Positions 11,987-25,386 of a DNA stretch of 64,000 nt are shown in pieces (positions within the stretch are counted from its first letter, which is position 1; each line of letters begins with the position of its first letter). The stretch lies in NCBI GenBank assembly GCA_951406725.2, contig OX597824.1:10106001-10170000 (forward strand). The letters run 5' to 3'. The translations under genes were made by a program, and so were the position numbers. The notes below the pieces were generated by a model. The model had not been told where the DNA came from. It saw nothing but the letters and a program-made list of their open reading frames with translations, and ran no database searches. This stretch comes from Octopus vulgaris (Eukaryota).

Positions 11987-14900
11987 TGAAAATAATATAT
12001 TATTCTTTTGCATCACTGCAGTATACACTGTCAGTGATATACCAATATACAGAACTCTAGGTTTATAGTACTAATGTTTCATGTTTAAGTGACTTCTTTG
12101 ATCTAATTTCCAATGAACAATGGACATGTGAATACATATTAAGAACCTTGTGGTATCAAAGCTTGGAATGGACTATCAATGACCATTCAGAAACTCAGAC
12201 CATCTGATTCAATGCTTTCTACCATCATTCTTCTTTACTGCTAGCCATCTCTCTTTCTCTCTCTTACCATTACGTCTTTCAGTCCTTCAGTATTTCTGTT
12301 ACATTATTCTCTTGTATCATTCTTCGTTAACTATATCCCAGTTCCTCATCTCCTACACTATCACCTCCTTATCACCCTTTTTTCCATCATGCCTCTTTTC
12401 TAGTCAGTCTCCTTGCCAACAACCAGCATGCAACTGCCAATCACTGTCTCTCAGAGTTATAGAGGACTCTTTAGGTTTCCCCGAGGACACAGCAATCTCT
12501 CTAATGTTGATGCCACAATAAAATGCACCCAGTAAACACTTTAAAGTAGTTGGCATTAGGAAGGGCTTCTGACTATAGAAACCACTCCAAGATTAGAAAA
12601 TGTGAGCAAGATTTGATTTTACTGTCTTTCAATTCATCTAAGGAAGCAGTAACTTCAAATAAGAATTGACTTGGAGTATAACAACCCATCCAACAAATGT
12701 TAGCATAGGAAACAGATATGATGATGATGAAGAGGAGGCTATACTGCTATATTCTACGTAGGCTTACAAAGAATAAGTCCTGGGGTCAATTTGCTTGACT
12801 AAAGGCAGTGCTCCAGCATGACTGAAACAAGTAAAAGAGTATCTTTTATATAATAGATAAAAAGAAAAGATAAAGACCTCCCACCCTTTGGTCATGAATA
12901 ACCATGGGATTGCACCTAGAAAGTTCCCCTCAGAGGCACAAGTCCAGGCAAGTTTGTTTATAGGAGACCAGCAGTCGCCCATGCATACCAGCCTCCCCTC
13001 TCCATGCCACTGATGTCATCCAAGGGAAAGGCAAAAGCCAATACAGCTTAGCACCAGTCACATTGCAACTCATTTTTACAGCTGAGTGGACTGGAGCAAC
13101 GTGAAATAAAGTTTCTTGCTCAAGAACACAACACACATGATTTTCAGTCCAGTACACTATTACTTCTGCCGTCTACCATACTCTTATGTTTATTCATTTT
13201 ATTATTATTATTTTTTATTCTCCTGTTGTAAATGACAGATACGGGTTCTGCAATTTCTTGCTGAACAACCTTCATTGATGATTTGCTTGTATAATGTTTG
13301 TGCTGCACATTAGCTTCCTCCTTCCGTCAAATCAACATTGCACAGTGTGTTGTTACATATCAGCTGTCAAAGTAATCGTAGAGCAACATGAAATGAAGTG
13401 TTTTGCTCAAGAACACATCATGCTGCTGAGTCTAGGAATTGAAACCACGTGCATGGCAATGGTGATGGCAACACCTTAACCAAAAGCCACGTACATTCAC
13501 TTCGTGATAAGTGATAAATAACAACAGAGATAGTTGACAACTGACAACACCTGATGTTGTACATCAAGGAAAATCAGAATCAATGGATGTTATGTAACAA
13601 AAACACATTCTTATGTCTTTATGGTACTAAGCCCTTCATCACTAACACAAGATTGTTTTCAGAATCCACATTCATCTATCAATTCATTTATTTTTGTATT
13701 ATAAGCCTCTTCTATCTCTGGTCTGTGTAGTGTAGATTTCTGATGGACTGATCTAACAGTAGCAAAAGAGTTACCATATTTGATGGTATATATGACACAC
13801 TTAAAAAAAAAAGGCCCGAAAGAATCACTTTGGGTCCTATATGCGAAGCTTTACACTCCGGGTTCTATATGCGAAGTTGCTCCAGTTCATTCGGCTATAA
13901 AAATGAGTTGCAATGTCACTGGTGCCAAGCAGTATCGGCTTTTGCCTTTCCCTTCGATAACATTGGTGGAATGGAGAGGGGAGGCTGGTATGCATGGACG
14001 ACTGCTGGTCTTCCATAAACAACCTTGCCCAGACTTGTGCTTCGGAGGGTAACTTTCTAGGTGCAATTCCATGGTCATTCATGACCAAAGGGGGTCTTTA
14101 CCCTTGGCATAGAGAGGGGAGGCTGGTATGCATGGGCGACTGCTGGTCTCCTATAAACAAACTTGCCTGGATTTGTGCTTCGGAGGGTAACCTTCTAGGT
14201 AGAACCCTGTGGTCATTCATGACCGAAGCAAGGTCTATACGTTTTAATATACCAAAAAGTTTCCTTTTGTTGAATATGCGCTGCTAAAATTGGTTTACGT
14301 CTGGCATGCCTGTGCATCATCTAATGCAATCAAATATGTATACTCTGTTTTCACCTCAACAAGTGCTTGAAATTTTGTCCTTGCTGTAAAAGGGTGTACA
14401 GATGATTGATCTGATCTTATTTTAATTGTTCGTGACAGATGAAAGCCGAAGTTAATCTCTGTAAAATTTGAGCTAAAAATATTCCAATCAAGTAGCTGGC
14501 CTGGCTAGAGTTATGTCGAAGGGAGACAAGTAAGAAATGCTCTGCCAAGATGGGAGATAATTAAATTCTGTCAATATCACATCAACATAAGCAAATTTCT
14601 TTATAAAAACCCTTTATCAAAATCAGTCAAAAAAAAAAACAAAAACTACATACAAGAGGCAGAAATAGAAGGCAAAAGACACACATCTTTACTACTTCTA
14701 TACCACCTCTACTTTGCTAGCGAAAGTGAGTTGGTACTTGTACCACGCTTATGCTAGTTGTCTTGGATGCTCCCATGAGCAGACAGACAGACATCCTCTT
14801 GATTTTGATTTTTCCACTCGTAACACAACAGAACATCGAATCGAAGATGTGGTAACTGAAGGTAAGAAGAACTACACCGGCAGTCAGCTGGTACTTGTTT

Positions 14901-15439
14901 TCAGTGTTGAATAGGCTAGAGTAACATAAAAAGTACCGTAAAAAAAAAAATCAAATTTCACAAATTCATAAACACACTAAAACACAAAGGCACTTGAAAA
15001 TTTTTCTTTACTCACTAACATCTTTAACTTCCCGTTTCAACACTGCTAAATCTCCAGAATTTGAAAACTGGGAAGTCATCACAATTATCAAACTTAAAAT
15101 GGGCAGTTTCCACACAATCTTATGCCAGCTTAATCTTAACTTAAAAATCTTAGAATAATTAAAACACTACAAACCCTCACGTTCTTATTTCCAGCTCGTG
15201 ATAAGGATTAAAACCACTGCACTCATCCACCACAATACTAGCAAACTATACATGTACTATCTTTCATTATCTCACGTCCATGCCAAGACTTATCCATATT
15301 TTTTCTGAGATGAAAAAATATGGAGATTAATTAGAATAATTAGTCTAACCCTTAAGTACCTTAAAATGACAATGTTATCATTCTTCAGTGCAGTAGGTCA
15401 GTGGTGAAAACATCTGGCTCACTTGGTAAAATAAAGATA

Positions 15440-15843
15440 CCTATTTCTTTACTACCCACAAGGGGCTAAACAAGGACAGACAAAGGGATTAAGTCAATTA
15501 CATCGACCGCAGTGCATAACTGGTACTTAATTTATCGACCCCGAAAGGATGAAAGGCAAAGTCGACCTCGGCGGAATTTGAACTCAGAACATAAAGGCAG
15601 ACGAAATACCTATTTCTTTACTACCCACAAGGGGCTAAACATAGAGGGGACAAACAAGGACAGACAAACGGATTAAGTCGATTACATTGACCCCAGTGCG
15701 TAACTGGTACTTAATTTATCGACCCCGAAAGGATGAAAGGCAAAGTCGACATCGGTGGAATTTGAACTCAGAACATAACAGCAGACGAAATACGGCTACG
15801 CATTTCGCCCGGCGTGCTAACGGTTCTGCCAGCTCGCCACCTT
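15440..15843 (-). mobile_element. tRNA-derived SINE, second family, tandem dimer (representative copy)
   Basis: Head GGCGAGCTGGCAGAA...GAGTTCAAATTCC and conserved GGTCGACTTTGCCTTTCATCC domain. Other copies at about 9802-9985, 19325-19558, 22772-22970, 23600-23980, 40865-41060, 43295-43720 and 55400-55610. Confidence 0.85.
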
Positions 15844-16066
15844 TAGCTCAAACACTGGTCAAGCTCAGAAGTGTCACTTGAAGACAATTAGGGGAAATGC
15901 CAACTGAGGTGTTATGTCAACAGTTCTGTATTTGTGGTGAAAATTTGTTCAAGCAGAACTGATCAGGGCTACTCAACAATAACAAGAACAACCCTATCTG
16001 TTTCAGCTATTACATTCCATCTCCTTCATCGAAGATAGTTATCTTTTTGTCTTCTTTCTCTTGCAG

Positions 16067-16353
16067 GTTATCTTGTACTATTCATTAGCATCATCTATCC
16101 GCGCCGAGCGGTCAAACAACTGTGGCTCCTGAAAGGAGGGCGTGCTGTGAAAATTGACACATTTGGTTACAAGTCTCATTACGTTGCACCCCTGGATTCA
16201 ATTAGCTGTCTCCAGCAACGAGATTCACCTAAAACACAGATCCCATTGAAGATGAAAGGGAAATGGTTCCATTTCCTACTGGATAAAAAAGGAGTTTTTC
16301 ACCAAGAGAAACTATTTGATTTTTGTATTGGATTAAAACGAAATTTAAATTAA
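16067..16353 (+). CDS. TMEM223: TMEM223 exon 2
   Basis: ttgcAG|GT TAT, encoding YLVLFISIIYPRRAVKQLWLLKGGRAVKIDTF...IPLKMKGKWFHFLLDKKGVF...LFD*. These are typical TMEM223 motifs. The spliced CDS is 801 nt. Confidence 0.9.
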
Positions 16354-17029
16354 AAATAACACTTTTTGTTTTGTTTTGGTTTTTTTTTCATTTTTCATAT
16401 GGTTATTGTCATTCTTGTTGTGTTTTGTTGAGCGAGGTCATTGCCAGTGCCACTAGACTGGCTCCTGTGCAGGTGGTACATAAAAAACACCATTTGAGCA
16501 TGGCTGTTGCCAGTACCGCCTGACTGGCCCTTGTGTTGGTGGCACGGAAAAGCACCCACTACACCCTTGGAGTGGTTGGTGTTAGGAAGGGCATCCAACT
16601 GTAGAAACTCTGCCAGATCAGATTGGAACCTGGTGCAGCCATCTGGTTCACCAGTCTTCAGTCAAATCGTCCAACCCATGCTAGCATGGAAAGAGGACAT
16701 TAAACGATGATGATGATGATATGTGTGGGTGGGTGTGTCTTTGAGTCTGTTTTTCTGTCAATACTTGCTTGACAACCAGTGTTGGTTTGCTTACATCCCC
16801 ATAACTTAAGGGATTGGTAAAGAAACCAATAAAGAAAATTGCCCAGCTTAAATGTAAGTAGTGGAGATAACTTGTCCAAATAAACCCTTTGAGACTGTGC
16901 TCCAGTATGGTCTCAGTGTATTGACTGAAAGAAGTAAAAGCAATTTTCCTTTTTCAGTAATTTGCAGAACAACCAAGAAAAAGTTTTAAACATCCAGCAA
17001 AGCATGCAAGTTTCATTCCATTCAAGCCT

Positions 17030-18045
17030 TCACATGTCCTCAGCAGTCACAGTCCATGTATCACTGCAGTGTAGCATGGCTGTTTGCACACAGGCATCAT
17101 AAAGTCTACCTTTTACTCTGAGTCAAAAGCCCTTTGTTATCAACAAAGGTAAAAGATCTCTGAACTTTTACCAGCTTATTCTAGCAACTATGCTCTTGGA
17201 GCATCCACTTCCACTGCTGATTTGGTCACCCAGATAACAGGAGCCATCTACTACTTCTAAGTACACCCCTGGCATTTGATGAAGTCTGTTTTCTGTACAT
17301 TTCTAATGTTTATTGTATCTATACATCTACCATACACAAAAACTACTTTCTCTATTAAATTCCCTCTGATATTGCTGCACCTCTTATGTGCGCATAGCTT
17401 GCACGGAGTACACCTTATGGAGTTTCTACCTACGTCTTTTCTACACATTGAGCAGGGCCATCTCCTTGAAGGGATTTCTGACTTGTCTGTCTTCCTACTT
17501 ACTAAGACTTTGATCTTTGCTATATTAGCTCTAAGGCCCTTTGATTCCAGACCTTGCTTCCACACCTAAAATTTCTTCTCTAGTTCTGGTAGTGATTCAG
17601 CTATAAGAACAAGGTCATCAGCATAGAGGAGCTCCCAAGGGCAGCCTGTCTTAAATTCCTCTGTTATTGCCTGGAAGACTAAGGTGAACAAGAGGGGGCT
17701 GAGAAACTTGGTGAACTCCTACTTGTACACTGAGTTCATTTCTGCACCCATCTTACTAACAGCATCCCTGTAAATGGCTTATACAGGTCTCTTCAACCAC
17801 TCATCTATCCATAGTTTTCACATTGACCACAGATAAAGGAGTGGGGGACCCTATCTAAGGCTTTCTTCATGTTAACAAAACCCAAGCACAGCGGTTTATT
17901 TTTGGCTAAGTACTTCTGCAGCTGCCTTACCCAGAATATAGCATCAGTAGAGCTTCTCCCTGACAAAACCAAACTTCATCTCATCTAGATTAACTCTCTT
18001 CCTAACTAGGTGAGCTTTGACCCTCTCTGTAACTTTCATCACCTG
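17030..18045 (-). mobile_element. Decayed RTE-type LINE reverse transcriptase fragment
   Basis: Minus strand gives LLYADDLVLIAES...WKQGLESKGL...AMLHCSDTW, with stops and frameshifts. Confidence 0.85.
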
Positions 18046-18074
18046 GTAAGTATATGCATGTATGTATGTGTGTA

Positions 18075-18780
18075 TCATTATCATCATCATCGTTTAACGT
18101 CCGTTTTCCATGCTGGCATGGGTTGGACGGTTTGACTGGGGACTGGCAAGCCAGTAGGCTGCACCAGGCCCCAATCTATTCTGGCAAAGTTTCTACAGCT
18201 GGACACCCTTCCTAACACCAACCACTCCAAGAGTGTAGTGGGTGCTTTTTATGTGCCATCAACATGGGAGCCAGTCAGGGGACACTGGTATTGACCACAC
18301 GTTCGAATGGTGATTTTTTTCTTGTCACTGGCATGAAGAGGAAGTCAGGCAGCCCTAGCATCAATCCCTGCTTGAATGGTGCTTATTACATGCCACCAAC
18401 ACAGATGCCAGTCAGGCATTTCACTTGACTCAACAGGTCTTCTCAAGCACAGCGTGTTGCCCAGCAATTCAAGGGTTCTTTTAAAAGGGCTGGTTATGCG
18501 ACACTGGTATCGACCACAGCTGTGATCTCATTTAACTTGTTGGGTCTTCTTAATCACAGCATATCTCCAAAGGTCTCAATCTCTTGTCATTGCCTCTGTG
18601 AGGCCCAATGTTCAAAGGCTGTGCTTCACCACCTCATCCCATGTCTTCCTGAGTCTACCCCTTTCACAGGTTTACTGTTAGGGTGTGACACTTCTTCACA
18701 CAGCTGTCCACATCCATACGTAGCATATGACCATACCAGTGCAGTCGTCTCTCTTGCACACTACATCCGATGCCTCTGAT
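18075..18780 (-). mobile_element. RTE-type LINE 3' end (ORF C-terminus, 3' UTR and (GAT)n tail)
   Basis: RRLHWYGHMLRM...RKTWDEVVK is contiguous with the abundant (GAT)n-tailed repeat. Confidence 0.75.
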
Positions 18781-18789
18781 ACAACCATA

Positions 18790-19730
18790 AATACAAGACA
18801 GTGTGTGAGAGAAAATTGTGATTTCATAGGAGGGAAACATATCCGCATAGATGATGGTGCACTTGCATTTAATGATTCTGCAAAGAAAGAGGCTTGGAGA
18901 TGCCATTATGAAAATCTGCTGAACATGGAGAATGAATGGGAGGAGGCGAGCCTACCAAACATTGACCCAATTGAGGAACCAGCTACTCCCATCAACAGTA
19001 CCCTGGTAGATAAAGCAATTAATGATATGAAGACAGGTAAAGCCCCTGGCCCATTAGGAATCACTGCTGAGATGCTTAAAATATCTGAGGGTGTGTGTTA
19101 TGGTCTAGTCACCTGTATTGTAAACCAGATAGTTCACGAAGGCGTGATAACCAATGACTAGCATAGCAGCACCATAGTCTCTCACTCAGAGTGAAAAGTA
19201 GACTCTATGATGCATGTATGGAAACAGCCATGCTACACGGTAGTGAAACATGGGCCATTACTGCCGAGGACATGCGTAGACTTGAAACAGTTGAAGCTAG
19301 TATGATCTGCTGGATGTGTAATGTCTATTTCTTTACTACCCACAAGGGGCTAAACACAGAGAGGACAAACAAGGACAGACAAACGGATTAAGTCGATTAC
19401 ATCGACCCCAGTGCGTAACTGGTACTTAATTTATCAACCCCGAAAGGATGAAAGGCAAAGTCGACCTCGGCGGGATTTGAACTCAGAACGTAGCGGCAAA
19501 CGAAATACGGCTACGCATTTCGCCCGGCGTGCTAACGTTTCTGCCAGCTCGCCACCTGGATGTGTAATGTCAGTGTGCATACACGACAGTGTAAGCACCT
19601 TGAGAGAAATTGGAGTATGTCCAACTTTTCTCTCAAGGCAGATCATACTAGCTTCATTTGTTTTAAGTCTATGCATATCCTCGGCAGTAATGACCCATGT
19701 TTCACTACCGTGTGGCATGGCTACACGGTA
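18790..19730 (+). mobile_element. Rearranged RTE LINE fragments with a SINE insertion (about 19325-19558)
   Basis: KEAWRCHYENLLN...KAPGPLGITAEMLK and AMLHGSETW motifs. The last part (about 19630-19730) is inverted. Confidence 0.75.
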
Positions 19731-21039
19731 TGATGATAAGGATATATATATATATAAAAATTCCATTTCTTCTGTATTGCAATATATTTTAATTTCTTTG
19801 ACATGAAGGCTTAAGAAAAGGGGTTGAAATTGTGTGACACTCCTACCATTATCAAAAGCATTAGAATCATGAATTAAGTGATGTAACTACAACTCTTCTT
19901 CCAAACTGGATTGCCAGATGCTTTCCTCTTCTCTTTGAAGCTCACCATATAATATCATTTTTGACAGGGTAGAATGGTTGGCAGAACTTTGGGATAGCTA
20001 TCAATATCGGATGGGCAAGGAAAGGATCAAATAATTTATTATTGTTCCTATGTTTCATACAATGATAATTACGATTTGGAAAAAAATGTTTTTATTATTT
20101 CAATATTTTATATTTTACCCCTCTTCCCATCTCCATGGCATTTTCATTCCTGTTTTGAAACTCGGTTGAATGGGCAATATTTTTTAGGGGGCAAGCCAAA
20201 CTAAAACAAACTATGGAATTTGGTGTGACTCCAGGCCTTATCAGTTCCTCTCAAGCCGTCCAACCCATGCCAGCATGGAAAATAGTGTTAAATGTTGTTG
20301 ATGATGATGATGATTTTGCATGCAGATCTTTCGTTAAAATACATTCAACATTTAAATAAATTTATAGGTATGTTACCACTCACAAATAGGTTATGCACAC
20401 CTCAATTTGCTAAGCATTATTTTAAAGCAAAAATTGATCTAGCGCCATCATTTGTCCCTTATAAGCCTTGGCCCGCTTGAAATTCTGCATATGAAATGCA
20501 TACCATAATGTAGGAACGTAAGGAGGAGTTGGGCGGCTTCCCTCGACTAGAATCACCAAAAGATAATGATAACATGTATTAGGCAAACACATTTTGTTGG
20601 GGACAAATGTAGTCAATTGTATAGGTCCAGTTCATAACTCTTACCTATTAAATCAATGTCGAAAGGATTAAACAAACATGAAGCCGAAACCTGGTGGAAT
20701 TTGAACTCAGATAAGATACTCAAAGGGATGTAGCTAAAATTAGCAAGGCATTTTGTCCTTCACTTTACAGCTCCAACGAGGAGTTCACGTGGACATTTGA
20801 CAGGTTCTTAATAAATTAGTGTTTGAAAGTCGAAAGATTGAATTAATCCCGGACAGTATTTGAACTCAAAACGTAAAGTGTTGAAACTAAATACTGTTAA
20901 TTTAATTTAATTTAATTTAATTTATTTTAATTTATCGGCCGCTCTGCCGTTTCTGCCAAACCAACGTCCTGAAAGGGTATGATAAAAAAATGTTCTTATT
21001 TTACTGGTGAATTAATTTATTGCGACACCGTCTGTTCTG

Positions 21040-21186
21040 CTAACGAAGATCTTCTAAGTGCTTCAGTGACCAAGATGGCAGCATTTCTGTGATCAGAGAT
21101 TTGCCTCGACATAAAAGGAACACGCGTACACGGAATATTGACTTTGTATTTATTTTATACACCAGTATTTAATACAATAATCTAAG
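21040..21186 (+). promoter_or_regulatory. BDP1: Probable BDP1 promoter and non-coding first exon
   Basis: Locally CpG-richer unique sequence with a YY1-like CAAGATGGC (21071-21079) and a donor AAG|GTattt at 21186/21187. The first coding exon has an acceptor 3 nt before its ATG, implying an upstream exon. The 5' boundary is approximate. Confidence 0.45.
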
Positions 21187-22688
21187 GTATTTAATTATTT
21201 CCAGCAATTCCTTGTGGTTCATCTAATCCCACGATACGTGCATGTGTCAATGCGTCTGTTTTCTTAATTAAAGACTCCTAAATTCTTTCTTTATTTATTT
21301 ACACGTTTTGCTCAAAGATATTTAAAATCAAAATTAATTATCGCAAATACTGCTCATAACTATTCTGAATTATTATTATTAAGATAGAATGTTTTTGCTC
21401 TTATCTTACGTATCGTTCAAGATAATTATTATTTCTGACTGCCTGGAATTGCTTTTTATGAAATAATCTTCAAAAGCCTACTTCTATGACCATTCATGCC
21501 TCTCCCTGTCCTGTGTACACACCGATAACGAAATACCTATTAATCCCTTATATATCATCCTTTAGATAATTCTAAAACAATAATATATACCGCAAAATAA
21601 ACAGGTACTCATTTATTATATCCACATAGTACCTTTAATATTAATTAAGATTGATTTTTTAAAAAATTACTTATATTTATTTATTTTTTTTAGATAATTA
21701 TGTCACCTCGGCATTTCTAAATGCTTATTTTTCGCTCGTCCTTTCTCCATGAATTTAACTCTCCAAACCATTTTAAAGTCATTAACGTTTTACTACTTAA
21801 ATCATTTGCTTGTGTTTTCTTTTTTCTTTCTTAACTAGTTCTAATATTCTCCCATTTACTGGTTCACTTGCAGATAGATACTTCTAAGTACATTTTCCAC
21901 TACTCCAACGTGACTCAAGAAGTCCATTTGACGTAGACTTTTTATTGTAAATAGTCTAATTAGTAGTCTGATAGTGAGAAAGGGGCATTGGTTTATGTCT
22001 CAGCCAAAGTTCTATAGGTTGGACAAATTTTCATTTGATAAAGAAGTTCATTAAAATAGGTACCACTATTCCACCCTGGCCCGTTTTACGCTGTCTTTTC
22101 TATAGGAATAATAAACGAAGACCAGAATTTATGACATTTTTGCATATGTTTAGGGAGTAAAAGCTGAATTCTGTTATACTATTTTAGAATATGTTTGGCT
22201 ATCGAAGAAAAAAATATTTATAAGTTCTTTTTTTTTTTTAATTACAACAATAAGTGGTGGCGAAAGTAAAAACATTATATAAGGGTTTTTAATATTGGTA
22301 GAAACCCCTAATATTTGGCGACAGGGAAAGTGTAGAATCGATTAAATCAACAGTTTTTTACAGGTACCTATTTTTATTTTATACTCCCACCCAACCCCGA
22401 AGAATGGAAAGCAAAGTCGACTCTACTGCATGGCTGACAGAAATACCTCAGGGATGTGTTAGGCATGCTGAATACAACAAATACAGCAGTGTTTCACGAG
22501 ACTTGACAATATTCGACTTTACTGTGCTTTGAACTCAGACTTAAAAGGACTTAGCTAAATACCGCAATGCATTTACTAAAGTATTCTACCGTTTCGGCTA
22601 TTATTTCATCACCCTAGTGATAGTAGTTATAATGATAAGATATTTATTCCTCCGGGGATCACAGATATAGACCATTACTGGGACACTC

Positions 22689-22996
22689 GGCGAAGGTAAA
22701 GAATACGCACACTCGGTGTGCAGGGACTGGGTTTAGGGTTACGCCGAAGACGGGTGGTGTGCGTATTCTTTCCTACTCTTGGCACAAGGCCAGAAATGTT
22801 GGGGGAGGGGCCAGTCGATTAGATCGATCCCAATACGCAACTGGTACTTAATTTATCGACCCCGAAAGGATGAAAGGCAAAGTCGACCTCGGCGGAATTT
22901 GAACTCAGAACGTAAAGACAGACGAAATACAGCTAAGCAGTTCGCTCGGCGAGCTAACGTTTCTGTCGCCTGGTGTGCGCATTCTTTACCTCCGCC
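22689..22996. mobile_element. Short MITE with 8-bp TSD, interrupted by a SINE (22772-22970)
   Basis: TIR GGCG(A/G)AGGTAAAGAAT..GCACAC and TSD GGACACTC on both sides. The SINE is flanked by a 17-bp duplication (22755-22771 and 22971-22987). Confidence 0.75.
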
Positions 22997-24220
22997 GGAC
23001 ACTCAGTTTACATTGTAATCGAATGAGTTGGGGCTGGGGGTGAGTTTTCGTGGATAGCTCCCTTTTAGTCCATTTTTTTTAGCTTGATTAGCTATTCTTG
23101 TAACTCATTCTTGATTTTTTTTTCCGCCTAGTTGATAACCCTCTACATTGGATGGCATGTAGCAAAGATTACAGTGGTCAGAGTTCTTCCTCACAAAGAT
23201 CAATCCAGCGTGATGGCAATGGTCAAGAACATGTAGAGGTTATAGAACATGTGACAAAACTATAAACAACAGGCATAGGCGTGGCTGTGTGGTAAGAAGC
23301 TTGCTTCTCAACCACATGGTTTCGGGTTCAGTCCCATTGTGTGGCACCTTGTGAGTGGATTTGGTGTGTGTGTGTCTTTGTTTGCTTTCGCACCCCCACC
23401 CCCTCGATTGACAACCGGTGTCGGTTTGTTTTCGTCCCCGTAACTTAGAGGCTCGTCAAAAGATATTGGTAGACTAAGTACCAGGCTTAAAAATATATAT
23501 GTACTGGGGTCAGTTCATTCAACTATACACATTCATCAAGGTGGTGCTCCAGCATGGCCACAGTCTAATGACTGAAACAAGTAAAAACTAAAAGAACAAT
23601 TCTTTTCTACTCTAGGCACAAGGCCAGAAATTTTGGGGGAGGGCACCAGTATGCAACTGGTACTTAATTTATTGACTCTGAAAGGATGAAAGGCAAAGTT
23701 GACCTCGGTGGAATTTGAACTCTGAATGTAAAGATAGACGAAATACCTATTTCTTTACTACCCACAAGGGGCTAAATACAGAGGGGACAAACAAAGACAG
23801 ACAAACGGATTAAGTCGATTACATCGACCCCAGTGTGTAACTGGTACTTAATTTATCAACCCCGAAAGAATGAAAGGTTAAGTCAACCTCAGTGGAATTT
23901 GAACTCAAAACGTAACAGCAGATGAAATACCACTAAGCATTTCACCCGGCGTGCTAACGTTTCTGCCAGCTTGCCACCTTAAAAGAAAAAGAACGGAACA
24001 ATTGTTGGAATTGTTGTTAGGGTGATGGATTTGCAAAATTGTAACTCTTTTACTTATTTCAGTCATTTGACTGTGGCCATGCTGGAGCACCGCCTTTAGT
24101 CGAACGAATCGACCCCAGGACTTATTCTTTGTAAGCCTAGTACTCATTTGATGTAAACACACCAGCATCGGTTGTCAAGTGATGTTGGGGGGACAGACAC
24201 ACAAACAAATACACACACAT

Positions 24221-25386
24221 CAAATAAAATCAAAAACAGAACCCAAAGGATATCGTGGTACACGTGTTTCAAGCTTTATAAACAACCCGTTCTTACATCA
24301 GTGTATAATTGATATAAAAGATGGTTTAAAGCTCTCTTCAGCCGCAAACATTGTTATTCCAAAGAGTTACATCACACTATAAAAAATATGAAAAGTACAT
24401 GTAGTGTTACCTATTATAATAGGTATATCATGTGTGGAGATATGTGTGTAGTTCCATATTTTAATGCTGTGTATATCAGGCTGTGCTGTATGAGATATAC
24501 TTATATATATATGTGGACGAGTAAGTATATACACACACACACATATACTATAAACTTATAAAGCCAGTAACTTGTAGTGGCAGATGTGTGTAAGCTGACC
24601 ACTCACCACAGAGATATCAAATTTCAACCTTGAAACTAAGAATTGATTTATGACCATTACCACCCCATCAAAGCCAAAATCTCAACATCAGAGCCATATT
24701 CTCAACATATCTCTTTATCTCTTACTCTAGCTTATAGTCTCAATTCTTTTATCTTTATTATTATATTTTTTATATTTTTTTGTTACTTTATCCCTTTTTT
24801 TGTTTTTTAGCTCATTCTTATTTATTGTGGTTCTAACTTTATTATCCTTTTTTTAACTATTTTTTTGCGTTTTTTATTACCCTTGTCTTTTGCTTCCATT
24901 GTCTTTTACATCCAGTACCCTTATTTCTTATTTTTAACGTTTATTCCTTCTCTCTTTTTTTCTCTCTATTTTTCTTTTTTCCTTTTTTTTTTTTCTTTTT
25001 CTTTCTATTTTCCTTCCTATCTTTACAAGAGAAGTGAATACTAACACATTCCATTCCATTTAACATTCACTCTATGTTGACTGGTGATACAGTATGGCCA
25101 GATTTTCGAAATCCAATGAATCATTATACAGTTATGAAATTTTACAAATACACTTTCTCAGGGAGATATGATATACCTATTATATACATAATAGGTAACA
25201 CTACATGTACTTTTCATATTTTTTATAGTGTGATGTAACTCTTTGGAATAACAATGTTTGCAGCTGAAGAGAGCTTTAGACCATCTTTTATATCAATTAT
25301 ACACTGATGTAAGAACGGGTTGTTTATAAAGCTTGAAACACGTGTACCGTGATATCCTTTGTGTTCTGTTTTTGATTTTATTTGAT
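24221..25386. mobile_element. Long inverted-repeat (probable Penelope-like) element inserted in the microsatellite of a SINE
   Basis: Arms of about 210 bp (24221-24431 and 25168-25386) carry hammerheads. The host SINE halves lie at about 24045-24220 and 25480-25685. Confidence 0.65.
25259..25351 (+). ncRNA. Type I hammerhead ribozyme motif with long stem II loop (inverted copy on - strand at 24254-24346)
   Basis: TGCAG-CTGAAGA-GAGCTTTA...TAAAGCTT-GAAAC-ACGT-GTA-CCGTG. Canonical core, GUA cleavage triplet and palindromic ACGT loop. Confidence 0.7.
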
